DNA of 64,000 bases from Heteronotia binoei (Eukaryota), in contig NC_083223.1 of NCBI RefSeq assembly GCF_032191835.1, positions 143,282,001 to 143,346,000 of the forward strand, written 5' to 3'. Under the pieces are notes generated by a model. It worked only from the letters and a program-made list of their open reading frames with translations. It made no database searches and had not been told where the DNA came from. Below are positions 22,402-34,859 of this stretch, in pieces (position 1 is the first letter of the stretch; every line of letters begins with the position of its first letter). The position numbers and the translations under genes are program-made.

Positions 22402-24315
22402 GTCTATATTCACTTTGCCCTCTTCTGTTGTTAAGCTGCTTCGTTTAAAAGGTAAATAACAGCTAGTCACTCCAAAGCAATCTCCTCCTCCAAAATATTG
22501 AGTGTTCCCCCACTTCAGAGTTGTTTGTAGCTAAACAATTTGCAAAGTTTTCACTAGGCAGCAAGCTATTCCACCAGCAGAAAACGCCAACAATTATCCA
22601 ATTAAGCAGGCAGGGCTCTTTTTCATATCGTCGGCAGACTATTGTAAAATAGGCTGCTCTAAGTTAAAACAAGGAAAGATAAAAATCCTCAAGAAATTCT
22701 GAGCAAAGATTTACTGACAAAACAAAACAAAATAAAAATTACTTAGTATTTGGAGCAGTGAATTCAGCCATCTGCAGCCTCTGCCGAAAACTGGAAGCCA
22801 CCAAAGCAGCTATGCCTTGTGAGTATTGATCACCAATGCTCTTTTTCAATGAACAATGAGCAAGACAGAAAAAGATAATATTTTGATAATGTTAGCCAGC
22901 ATCTGTAACCTTCATCTAACTTCCATTATAGAGAGTGCAATCAACAACACATTTACTCTACTTTTAATGCTTCACTCCCTGTTTTAAGCCTCCCAAATGA
23001 CTGAGCAGCTCCTGTTCTCTGCCTATTTTGGGACTTCCAGTTGCCAATTCTGCTGTGCTAGTTACTCCCAAGGAATGTGATGTTCTACATACAAGGATAC
23101 TACTGGTCGGGAAAAAATGGACATTTTCTGCCTAAAATATGATAGAGACAATCCTTTGGATGAGGTACACTATCCCAGAGAATTATAGCCCAATTAACAT
23201 GGAAACAAAAAAAAAAAAAACATGTTTCCCATTGAACTGAGTTTCACATTAAAGCCAATGAAAATGAAGCTAAGCAAGGATTACTACAGATTCCATGCTA
23301 CTAGCAAACATATTAAGAACACTGTAGCACAAAGGAAGAGATGCCCTAGCAGATGGATCCTGCTCAACAACTTCCCACTGGTAGATCAGCTCCCAGGACA
23401 CCTGGGATTCCCTTTTCTAGGTACTGCTCTGGCATTCTACAAAAGGCGGCTCTGAGAAGACTGCAAGAAGAGGAAGTGAAGTTATGCCCTTTCAGAAACT
23501 TTGTTACCTTCTTAGGGAGAAAGCCACTGTAGAAAACCAGTATGGGTCCTCGTTGATTTAAAAGTAAATGCAAATATGGAATAACATGCACCCATAATAA
23601 ATAAACACATGTACTGGACTTACAAGGAAGTAAAAGTAATAACGTTGTGAAATACAACTGAAGTCAAGACGTTATTTGCATAGCTTTAAAAAGTATTTGC
23701 AAAAAAAGTAAGCAAGCCAGCCTTTACAATTCATCAATACAAAAAAATTAGTATGTCAAACAATCTTAATTTATTTGAATAAATTACCATGTCATTAAAA
23801 TAGTGTAAGACTACATCAGCAGCTCAACTTTATAAATCTAAATTTTATGGGGTATAATTCAAGTTTCTAAATATCCCAAAGCTTATGATTTAACACACAC
23901 CAAACTGCAATGTAAAAACAGAGTAAATCTAATATGGAAGAAACTTTTTTCCTCTTTTTTTTTGGGGGGGGGGGGTGTTTAACCTATGAATATCCAATTG
24001 TTTCACTGATATCTAATTTTAAATGTTTAAGTTCTTACAACCAGATTGAGCCATTTTGTCTGCAAGTATATGTATTAGCAGGGTTTTTTCAAGAGCTTAA
24101 TTTTCCAAAAGCTTACAGAGCTTAATTCTTCAAGAGTTTACAGGACTCTTAGTACACGGTCTACTGTAGGCTCCAGAAGGATTGGCTGCATCAGGGATGT
24201 GTGGCCTAATATGCAAAGGAGTTCCTGCTACAAAAAAAAGGTCTTGTGTATTAGGCACAACTAGTCTATATGAATCAATGTACAAAATGGGACTTAGTAA
24301 TGTAAGTAATGTAAA

Positions 24316-24525
24316 TAGCCAAAACATGCGTGAGAAGATCCTGGAGATTTTGGGGGTGGAGCCTGGGGAAGGTGGGGTTTGGAGAGGGGAGGAACGTCAG
24401 TGGGGTACAATGCTATAGAGTTCACCAAAGCAACCATTGTCTCCAGGGGAACCAATCTCTGTCATCTGGCAATCAGTTGAATTATAGAAGATCTCCAGGC
24501 CCAACCTTGAAGGCTAGCAACTCTA
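24316..24525. mobile_element. hAT MITE (short TAGGGTTGCCA family), left TIR degraded
   Basis: Internal sequence similar to 30701-30909. Right end tagcaactcta. Confidence 0.65.
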
Positions 24526-25602
24526 AATCCAGATGCATGGAATATTAACCTCTGTTGGAAGATATATGCATACATTTTACATACCTGGATAACTCTTACT
24601 CTCTGTTGGAAAGGCCATTTTTGCTGCTTTTTCTCTCTCATTCTATATCTTGGCAGCGAAGCCCAGCTCTTCTCAGTCAGTCACATGAAAGCCAGAAACA
24701 AGTTTGGGGCCATCTGTAATACAGAGGCTGAGAACCAGCAGAGAAAGGGCATAATCTGCTGTAATTCCAGATATCTCATTACATTCCCTAGTAGGGATGG
24801 ACATGGTCCAGGGGAAAAAAAACGACTGCAGAAGTTTGTTCAACCCCCGGACCAAGAACTGCCATGTTTAACAGGTCAGGTTGTGGTCTGTTTGGATCAT
24901 GCAAAATGTAAATGCCCTTTGTGCAAAGCTGTGCAGTGCACAAATGAAGGTGAATGGCGACTTCACCCACTTCTGCACCATGTGAAGGCAATCAGCAACT
25001 TCACCCACTTCCAGGAGTTTTTCAAGTTTGTAGAAAGATCTGTCTTGTCTGTTCAGGGCTCCTGTCTCTGGTTTTAAGTATCCACAGATTTGACCTTGGT
25101 GATGCTGGAGATCAGATATATTGATGATTATCATATGCATGCCTCATTATGGATATGATAAATTGTAACAATAATAAACTGAAGTTAAATCCAGACGAGG
25201 TGGGCATGATGCAAATGAGCTTATCTTCACACCAGAACATTGGCACACTGCCTATCAACGCAAAGCATTTTCTACCCACAGAAGTATGGCAGCAGCTACA
25301 GGGTTCAATTTTCCTTTCTCTTTATGCCTGTTCTATGTCAGTGTGCAACAAATTCAAATGAAGTATGTAGAAAGCTTAGTCAACCATTGATTTATGTGAT
25401 GGTGTAGATTCCAAGCTCACAGATCATGAGCTGGGTCCCAGTTTATGGAAATATTTAGTCCGTAGTCTTGTCTGTGCCCATCCCAACTCACTAAGAACAA
25501 AGACCAACTCAGAGAGAAATAAGCTTCTTCATTTATCTAGCTATTAGTCAGAACCTCTTAATAAATCATCTAGAATATTTTATAAACACTATTGGAGCTG
25601 CT

Positions 25603-25863
25603 GATGATCCCACTAGCCTTACCCCGCTTTCACTTTCCTCTTCTCCGCGGGGCTTTCATTGGATTTTACACAAGCTGCCCTGAAGCTGCAACTCACTCCA
25701 CCTCTTTCGCACAGCAAGCAAGATCCTCTAAAAACCAGTTTCCGTTTGCCACGCAAAAGAGGCAAAGCGAGTTGCCACCCCAGGGCAGCTTGTGCAAAAT
25801 CTGATGGAAGCCCCATGGAGAACAGGAGAGTAAGAGCGGGGTAAGGCTAGTAGGGAATCAGTC
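25603..25863. mobile_element. Palindromic MITE, PIF/Harbinger-like
   Basis: cactagccttaccccgct...agcggggtaaggctagt; the whole element is self-complementary. Confidence 0.7.
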
Positions 25864-26360
25864 AGTGTCTGCTGCTGTAATAGTGTCAAGGAGTTTGCAG
25901 GCACTTACAACAGGACCCTGCTAAGCATCCTGCAAAGTTCACGGTGAAGCTTGGTTTTCTAATGCAAAGACCCCAGGTGCCCAGCTCTGCTCTCCATCTA
26001 AGCTGAGCCTCTGCCAGGGTTTTCCATATTTTCTGCTCCTGGGGTTCTGAGGGCTGACTGTGGGAGTCCCTTGGAATAGATAAATCTTGTCAATCAGTTC
26101 CTCAGCAGTTACAGTTTCTTGCCCTAGCTTCTGCTAATGAACCTCCTGGGCTTCTGTCCCAATCTAACAGCTAGCTGCATATGCTGATGGTCCTTGAGAG
26201 TCAGAAGGTCCAGGAGCCTCAAGAACTGCCATAGTTTCAACCTCCATGAGGTCAGCCATGAATGGCATCCTAATCTTCAGAGGAGGGCTCAACAAGTCCA
26301 ACCCTGACACTACTGGTCCCTACTGCTCTACCTCTTTAACCTCTTGGTTCCTCCATCTTG

Positions 26361-27867
26361 CATTTTCTTTCTTTATTAAAGGAAGATTGTAAAAATTAAC
26401 AACTCCAACAAATCTTTTACACTATACAAACTTAATATCACTTAAACATTATGTCTTCATGTTTTCTTCATCTTCTTCCTTCGTTCTTCTCTCAAAGATT
26501 AAATAAGATTTATAAGATTCACTAGTTAATCTTAGCTCATTATATTAACTTTACATTATATGTTTCAAATCAAGTTTGAGCTAAATTATTCTACAAATAA
26601 TATAATATAGCTCAGCCCTAGGAGACCTTAAAAATTAAGGACTGAAGGAGAACAAAACTCTACCTTCCATGGGCTTATTATACCTTGGAGAAACATACCC
26701 AAACGCTTACAACAGTCCCACCACTCTCTACTATCAGAGAGTTATGCTTCCATTATAAATTGCACCAAAACCTAATTTTTTAAAAGGAGTCAACACTCTC
26801 CTCAAAATCTCCATGATCTTCAGAAATGCATACACAACTTGCTTTTACTGGAGTAGGGGGAGAACACTCCTTCCTCTTGTTTACTCTCAATGCTGCGGGG
26901 GAGGAATTTAAAGCAGCCAGAACTAATTCACCAAAGGCAGAGATGTGGACAGTGTAATAAATTGAACCTTGTTGCATGCAAAGTTTGCCCATTTGAAGCC
27001 AACGATATCTTATTTCTAAATCCCGCAGTTTAGCAGTCATGCCTTTAAGATCTCTTCTGATTTTTAAGAACTCAGGAGGGAGATGAGAATACACCTGGAT
27101 TTTTAGCCCGATAGTCCCAACCGCCCCTCTCCCTGGCCTATGCAAGAATCCTGTTCATGTTCGAAAGTCCTTGAATTCTACAAGTATATCTCTGGTGTAT
27201 GATGACGAAGTGGATTATTCACATACTTTGCCAGTGCGATAAGCTCACTGCAGAAGGGGTGTAACTCCAGCTTCAAGATTTAGTGTAGCTGCTAGCCAGT
27301 TTGCCATAAATATAATCACCTCTGTTCCAGCCTCAGCGTTTGATATGAACCCGCTGAACTTTAGGCACAACCCACAACTTCAATAGTCCAAAGTCAGAAT
27401 ACATTCCCGTGCCCAAGTATCTGAAGTTCTTTCAGGTATTTTTTTCTCAAGCTCAGTGACTTTCTGAAAAGCTGTCTCTGCTTTTTGGCATGTCTGCTTA
27501 TGAAGCTCTTTTAATTCATTCAGGCGTTGGGTCACTGGTTGTAGTATTTCTATTATATAATTTCTCAGTTCTTGACTTTGATTGGTTACTGCCTGTATTA
27601 AAAGGTTTGCAGTGAGAGGAGTCTCTTCAGCCATTAACTCACCCCTCCCCAGCATTGTGGAGGTGGATGGTATGTCTGGAGCTGGAAAAAAGTCTGTTAA
27701 ACACTGCACACTTTCTTCTTTATGTTTGCCCTTCTTGCCCCCTTTGGAGTCATCTTTTAAACTTTAAATTTTGATGTTATAGGGGATAAAAATATTTAAT
27801 TTTTATGCAGGCCAAGCAAGCGCGAGGCAATGGCTTCCAACCCAGAAATTGGTCTAAGCCACTCCCC
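26361..27867 (-). mobile_element. ORF1-only L1 derivative (HAL1-like)
   Basis: 16-bp direct repeat tggttcctccatcttg at 26345-26360 and 27868-27883. ggggagtggc 5' start, degraded L1 ORF1, about 420 bp of AT-rich 3' UTR, then aataaagaaagaaaa. No ORF2 motifs seen. Confidence 0.75.
26780..27753 (-). pseudogene. ORF1: Degraded L1-type ORF1
   Basis: Coiled-coil segment, RDILVEF, and IQVYSHLPPEFLKIRRDLK...IRYRW, which aligns by eye with the young ORF1 CTD. Several frameshifts. Confidence 0.8.
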
Positions 27868-28439
27868 TGGTTCCTCCATCTTGAGTGAAATGTTACAGTG
27901 TGTGTGGAATATTTGTATTTTAATATGGACATTCTGGTGGATGGTATTTCTGCTTTATGGGTAACCAGCCACACTGCTCCCTCCTTCTCTTCCATCAGCT
28001 GTGCCCCATGGCTGGATGGCTGCTGCGGCCCCTGGTGGCACTCCCTGGGCTATCTAGGTCACAGAGTAATTTCAAGTTTTGTGCTTTTCATTTTCCCCAC
28101 AATTCATCTGTTTTTTGAAAACTGGTTATCAGTACGAGGGGGGCGGGGCCGAAGTTGGACTTGCCTAGAGTGCCAGATAGTCTAGGGCCGGCCCTGCCTA
28201 GGAGTGAGAGATGACAGAAAAAGGTTTTACTTCCTTATAATCAGGCTACCTCAGTGTAAAGTTAAGTACAAATCTGAAAGTGAAGCCTATTCACAGACAG
28301 TAGTCTGGAGCATCCATGTCCTTCCAACCACACACTGAAAACAAGCATAGGTCAAAGCAATTATATATGATATACACCATAAAGGATGTTGGTTGTAGGT
28401 TGAGGGGGGGCAGCCACACACATGCTTTTGTGTGTGAGA

Positions 28440-28577
28440 GGTGATTTTACACATACTAAATAACACCTTTCTATCCACTTTGCAACTGGATTTTGCTGTG
28501 TGAAATGGCAAAATCCACTTGCAAATAGTCGCTGAAGTGGATTGAAACGGCATTATTTAGCATGTGTGAAAGTGCCC
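28440..28577. mobile_element. Short palindromic MITE, Harbinger-like
   Basis: ttttacacatactaaataac versus gcattatttagcatgtgtgaaagtgccc as inverted arms. Confidence 0.6.
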
Positions 28578-29528
28578 AAGGGTAACTATGTTAAGCCTGG
28601 CTTTGGTAATACAAATCTACATATCTGATATTTAATAGTGAAGCTGTGTAGTGGGATAGGAGGCATAGTAAAATAGATTCGTAAAGTGTAGGAAGGCATA
28701 CATGCTGATGTCTTCCTATACCTTCCATCTGCTACTCTGGCTAAACTGGATATGCTGGAAACATCCTTCCAAAAAGCAAATACCATTTTGGGGATACATA
28801 CCTTGTGCCAGTTCTACAAATAGGGGAAAGCAGCACATTCTACAGATTGAACTGCTTCTGTAATTGGCCTCCTCATTTGTATCAGAGGTGATGTCCCATG
28901 GAATCCTGAAGTTTGATGACCCTAAGGAGTTCATCTCATTCCCTAAACCACTCCTTCCCTTAATCAACATGTTCTTCTCTTTAAATATTTGTGCTTTTGA
29001 AGAGATCATAAAAATAAATGAGACTCTCTTTTAAAAACAATACTTGTGAAGGGATTTTGAGCAGACCACCTAAGCAGACATTAGACATTACAATGAGTCT
29101 CTCGGGTCATAATCTATGAACAAAGACAGGATGAAACAAGACTCTGAGAGTGTTTAAGGTCCATTAGAAGACAAATTGGCTTTTTAATTAATACTAAACA
29201 CAAACATATCATGACAACATTATGTATACTACTGTGAAAGGGATTATGCAAATAATATGCATTTGCAAAATTGTTAGGTATTCTGTTTATATTTATTTGG
29301 TATAGAAGTCTTCTAAGGTCTATCCAGTAAATAACATAGCCTGCCAAAATAATAGTTCCTTTCACAATGAAGACTTATTTGTAACCAAACATTTGTTTTT
29401 TCTCATGCAAATATATTCTGTCTAAACTAAAAATGAGAGCAGAGAAATTATGCAAATTCTAATACAGCACACTGGGAAGGCAGGATTTAGCAGATTCTTT
29501 ACTAGCTTAGTACAATAGCTAGAGAGTA

Positions 29529-29817
29529 GGAGCCCCGTGGTGCAGTGTTAAAGCTGCAGTACTGCAGTCTGAGCTCTCTGCTCATGACCTGAGTTCGATC
29601 CCAGTGGAAGCTGGGTTCAGGTAGCCGGCTCAGGGTTGACTCAGCCTTCCATCCTTCGGTAAAATGAGTACCCAGCTTGCTGGGGGGAAAGTGTAGATGA
29701 CTTGGGAAGGCAATGGCAAACCACCCTGTAAAAAGTCTGCCGTGAAAACGTGATGCAATGTCACCCCAGTGTCGGAAACGACTGGTGCTTGCACAGGGGA
29801 CTACCTTTACCTTTTTT
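29529..29817 (+). mobile_element. Sauria-type SINE
   Basis: Same family as 9481-9778 (gagttcgatccc box, ggttgactcagcc, ggcaaaccacc tail, ctacctttacc end). Confidence 0.85.
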
Positions 29818-30305
29818 AGGTCTTGGATACTGGAGCGGAGACCTAAGTTCAAATCCAAAATTATGAACCTCACACTGAGTGGCCTGGAGAATGTGACAGC
29901 CTCAGCATGCAACATGCAGTTGTAATGCTGAAACCTAGTCTAGGCATTGGCATAGTTTTGATAGAATTCAAAATGGCAGTTTACTTAAATTGACTAAGGC
30001 CAGATAGGGTCTGTCAAACCATGATCTGCAAGCAGGATCTGAAATTAATTTTAACTATAATTTTGTACAATGTATGAACAAAGAAAACTTGGTTTGCTCA
30101 CTAGCAGCACTTTCCTTGACTCCAGAAAGAAGGCAATAAAACCAGCCAATCACAATTTGAGTAATCATCTGAGAGCTTCATTCTGGTTTCCTAAACTAAC
30201 CGTACTTAGTTAACTATGTTAAATAAATAAAACATGTTTTTGCATGATGCCTGAACTGAGCCATTAGATTGGATTGTACAGATGGTAACTACCAAATGAG
30301 CTCTT

Positions 30306-31060
30306 AAGAAGAGCCTTGCTGGATCAGACCAGTAGTCCACCTAGTCCAACATCCCTTACACAGTGGCCAACTAGTTCCTCTGGAGGTCCAACAACAGGGC
30401 ATAAAGGCTGAGGCCTCCCCCTGATTCTCCTAGCACTGGAATTCAGAGGTTCACTGCATCTAAATGTGGAGGTTCCCTTCAGTCACTATGGCTAACAGCC
30501 GCTGATAGACCTATCCTCCATGAATCTATCTCATTCTCTTTTAAAACTGTTTACGTCTGTGACCATCATATATCCTCTGGCAGCAACTTCCACATTTTAT
30601 TTCCTTTTATCTGTCCTATATCTACTGCCATCCAGCATCATTGGATGCCTTCAAATTCTAATATTTTGGGAGACAGAGAAAAAAATCTCATTGTCAACTC
30701 TAGGGTTGGCTGCTCTGTGTTGGAAAACTTATGGGGTGGATCTGGGAGAGGGCAGGGTTTGGGGAGCGGAGGGGCCTCAGCATGGTACAATGCCATAGAG
30801 TCCACTGTTCAAAGGAGTCATTTTCTCCAGGGGAACTGATCTCTGCCAGCTGGAGATCAGTTGTAAAGGCAGGAGATCTTCAGATGCCATTTGGGGGCTG
30901 GCAACCCTAGCTCAACTCTCTCTACTCCATGCATAATTTTATAAATCTCTTACCATGTTACCCCTTAGTCAGCTCTTCTCTAAACTGAAAACTCCCAGAC
31001 TTTTCAGACTTTCCTTGAAGGGAAGGTACTGGTTGCCCTCTTCTGTAATTTTTCTAGCTA
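30306..31060 (-). mobile_element. CR1 3' fragment interrupted by a hAT MITE
   Basis: Reverse-complement 3' end tggtctgatccagcaaggctcttctt. Degraded ORF2 C-terminal sequence at 30940-31060. Confidence 0.65.
30701..30909. mobile_element. hAT MITE
   Basis: tagggttggc...tggcaacccta; approximate TSD gtcaactc / ctcaactc. Confidence 0.8.
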
Positions 31061-31429
31061 CACCACAGATCTATACAGGGGTATTACAATATTGGATGTT
31101 TACTTTTTAATCTTATGGCAGAACAGGTTTGCTTTGGTCTGCAGGCCCTGTTCCACCCTGCCCTCCAAGGTTTTCCCAACACCTGGAGAGGTTTCTCTCT
31201 CTCTCTGGTAACCTACCACCACCTTCTGACTTTTGTTGGAATTGCCTGCTGGAACTTCCTTTCCAAGTTCTTTTTTTTTCTTCTATTTTTATATGTGAAT
31301 GTGTGTACATATGTGAGTGTGTGTGTATGCAACTGGAAGTCATGGTGACCTTTGGTGACTGACCCCTACTGGGGCCTGGAGGATATTCAGGAAGGTGGCT
31401 GAATAAAGCCTGCCCCCCACCTCTGGTAT

Positions 31430-31540
31430 TCCAACTGCTGGTATTCCAAGGAGGTCTCCCATCCAAGTACTTGCCAGAGTCAAGCCTGCTTAGCTTCTAA
31501 GATCTGACAAGCCTGACCTTGCCTGAGCTAACCAGGCTAG
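31430..31540 (-). mobile_element. 5S rRNA-derived SINE or 5S pseudogene
   Basis: Reverse complement gatcttagaagctaagcagg...gtacttggatgggagacc...ggaatacc matches the 5S A/C-box region. Too diverged to be a functional 5S gene. Confidence 0.7.
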
Positions 31541-31776
31541 ATTCAAGAACAAACTACAGCAGTCCTTAAAATGTTATAAAATTGCCCTGAAGTTTTTGAG
31601 TGTTTAATTACAGGGAACAAAACTTCTGTGTGCAAAGTTAACTGACATGTTTTAATTGGGATTTGAAAGATGGTTTTGAGTTCCTGCAGAAGCAGAACAT
31701 ACTGCTTATTTCTGAGGGGAGGTAACAGAATATGCAGTGGGTTCTTTCTGGCATTAGAGAGTTCAGCAGTACTTCT

Positions 31777-32286
31777 TAGGGTTGCCAAGTCCAATTCAAG
31801 AAATATCTGGGGACTTTGGGGGTGGAGCCAGAAGATTTTGGGGGTGGAGCTAGGAAACATTGGGATGGAGCCAAGAGCAAGGGTGTGACAAGCATAATTG
31901 AACTTCAAGGGAGTTCTGGCCATCACACTTAAGGGGACTGCACACCTTTTTAAATGCCTTCCTTCCATAGGAAATAATGGATAGGGGCACCTTCTTTTGG
32001 GGCTTATAGAAATGGACCCCTGGTCCAATCTTTTTGAAACTTGGGAGGTATTTTGGGGAGAGGCACTAGATGCTATACTGAAAATTTGGTGCCTCTATCT
32101 CAAAAAACAGCCCCCCCGAGCCCCCAATACCCGCGGATCAATTCCCCATTATTCCCTATGGGAATCGTTCATGGAGGTGCATGATGGCTGTATGGGCGGG
32201 GCTTCCCCCACCGGCCAGCTGGCTGTGGGGGGGAAGCCTGTAAAACCAGGGGATCCCCCTCTGGGACCTGGGGATTGGGAAGCCTA
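31777..32286. mobile_element. hAT MITE, shorter sibling of 2375-3197
   Basis: Same TIRs and internal sequence; TSD gtacttct / gcacctct (6/8). Lacks the 47-bp tandem block. Confidence 0.85.
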
Positions 32287-32623
32287 GCACCTCTAGATCT
32301 TTTAAGATACCTTTATGTGCTGATTCATGTCAATGGTATTACTGGGGCACACCAATGCCTTTCTGGTTGTGTTATGTTTGTATATTTGCATGTTTTTTAC
32401 TGAATTGTATAAATATTTTAAATGTCGTTTTAATGTTTTAAATATTGTAATGTTTGGATGTTCACCACCTTGGGGACCCTCTTTGGGTGAAGAGGTGGAA
32501 TAGAAATGTTTTAAATACATAAAATAAGAGACTTTTGCAAAGACGCTAGTTTGCACAGATGGAAGAGGCCTTCAATGCTGCTCCATTTCTTGGATGTGTA
32601 AATGGAAATAGCATGGAGTTTAC

Positions 32624-32822
32624 CATGGATTTTTTTGTAGAATAAGCCCACCATGAACTCATTAGCATATTAGGCCACACCTCCTGATGGGACCATTGTT
32701 TCACACAGGGCTTTTCTGTAGAAAAAGCCCAGCAGGAACTTATTTGCATACCAGGCCACACACCCTGTTGCCAAGCCAGCCGGAACTGCGTTCCTGTGTG
32801 TTCCTGCTCAAAAAATGCCCTG
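32624..32822. mobile_element. hAT MITE (CAGGGCTTTTTT family)
   Basis: TSD gagtttac / gattttac. Internal duplicated gaactcatttgcatattaggccacacc motif. Confidence 0.75.
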
Positions 32823-34602
32823 GATTTTACCATGCAGGCCAAATTCTTTACATAATACTACAAACCTCAGCATGCTAGAATCTGGCAAAATCCAGACTAT
32901 GTTCCAGAAAATCCTGGGGATCTATTTATCAGATTTATTGGCACAATTCTGTCTTGCATTTTGTTTATCTCTAGTTTTGGAATGAGAAGAAAATACATTT
33001 ATCCTAGTATCGTGACACTACCAGTTTAACAGTTCGCAACTACAGAAAGAAAATAATCCATACACTAAGCTTGACCCACTAGCACTTTTCATTTTAATGC
33101 TGAGTGAAGTGCTTCCTATATACTGTACACAATTAGCACAGTCAGTTGGGACAGTTTATAAAGCCATTTGGGATCTATCTGGATGAAAAGTGCTAAATAA
33201 ATGTCAGATCATTATCACCATTACCCAATAGATGGTGCCTTATTTGCTGAGCTCAAAATGGAAACAGTCCAAAGGAGAGAGAAAAATAGAAGAAGCTGCC
33301 TCAGTACACACAACTGGAACATATCTCCCAAAAGCACATTTTCCCCTCAATAAATATTCATGGTACTAAGTCCAGAAATCAAAAGACCATTGAACACTGC
33401 AAAATAATCGTCACTGCAGCAAATCCTACTTCTATTTTTCTGATTCAAAGACCACCAGGTCACCTATAGCAAATAAACATTCTTCACGTTAATCATTTTA
33501 AAGCTAGTTAACTAACTTCAATATTCCTACATTTGACTTGGTTTCTTTTCTTGCTTGCTCCTCAAACAAAATAGACCTTAAAGTACTATAGAATAGTATA
33601 AACTATCTAAACTCTAAGAATTAGGCAGGCAACTTTGTAACCAGTGTCAGAAATTGCAGACCAGCTGCCTTTTAGCATCCCTTCTCCATTAGATTAGCAA
33701 CAGACTGGCAAATCCAAACCTTGACACAGACTCAGTCCACTCATCTGCACCTGATGCTTCTACACTACTATGAAGTTGTTGCTGTTGTTTCCCTTGGGTT
33801 AATCCAGGCATTGGTATACTTCCAGGTTAACTTTTTTGCTTGCTGTATATTCCTCATGCTCCCCTTTATAACAGTGATTTTATTGTGTTTACTTCCAGCT
33901 ATAGAATAAGCCCATCATAGGCTCTAAAGTATAACCCACAATTCATGAGGATTCACAATATTATGGTGTTTCTATCCACTACCATAGATTTTCCTTTCAA
34001 GGGTTGTCTCTCATTTTCATAGCTCGTGGCACTATTCTTGCAACATTGTTTTAGAGCTCCTTCTGACATCCCCTAAAACCTTCTTACATAACACAGATGG
34101 AAGGTGTGATTTTGCCTACTAAAGGCCTAATGCAGCTTCATATTAGTCATTCAGGCTCCAAGAAGGGCCTATCAGCATTCTCACACGGCTTTCCCTACTG
34201 GTTCAGTACATGTCTTTTTTTCTGCTTTTTTCTTCTGTGGATAAATATTCAATGTCAATGTGTGGGAAACAAGCCAGTGGCCCTGGTCATGCTATCTCAG
34301 TGTCCATCCCATGGGTTACATCTGCATTTCAAAATCCAGAAAAGAAGAGGAATACTTTTGGGATCCAACTAGTAGTCAAAGACTTAATCAACCATACAAA
34401 AATCAGAGCCAGACTTTTAGCTACTATCTAAGGAGCAGTGCATCAGCCAAACTAGGCATTACAGTATTCTCAAGTCTGACCTGTGGATGCCAATGCCATT
34501 TTAGGGAAGGAGCTGGCCATTTAGAAATGCTACAAGGGCTCAATTCCGACTAGGCCCATACTGCGGAATGAAAAAGCAATCCTATCCCCTCTGCATGCCT
34601 TT

Positions 34603-34663
34603 TTAAGCCGCCCTGAGCCTGCTTCGGCGGGGAGGGCGGGATACAAATCAAATCAAATAAATA
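34603..34663 (+). mobile_element. L2 3' end fragment
   Basis: taagccgccctgagcc...gagggcgggatacaaatc plus an aaataaataa tail. Confidence 0.75.
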
Positions 34664-34859
34664 AGTGCCCAAATAGCCCACAAAACAGCTGGTTAGTCAC
34701 TTTAAAAATTCAGTAGGGAACAGGATCAGCTGGCAGGTTTGGCACTAAGGGATCTGCTGCTAGAGGCAGACCCCCGTGCCACTACCCCCCTCCAGCTCCC
34801 TTTTGGTTGCTTTTTCTCCCCATGCACGCTACTAAAAGTTACGTCACCGTAAGGGGGAC

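Larger units (their letters stand above)
10215..22830 (-). mobile_element. Old full-length L1 (about 5.8 kb without nested inserts)
   Basis: TSD caccaatg(t/c)tcttttt at 10199-10214 and 22831-22846. attaaa signal and short poly(A) near 10210-10228. Degraded ORF2 and an upstream ORF1-position frame. Confidence 0.9.

Noticed and set aside
24657-25077. Plus-strand acceptor with a 130-aa ORF; weak Gypsy RNase H-like QTDH on the minus strand
   Set aside because: No recognisable protein on either strand; the motif match is too weak to call.
25876-27897. Possible LTR (tgtaa...ttaca) hosting the HAL1-like insertion
   Set aside because: No matching TSD on the flanks; the host sequence is left unclassified.
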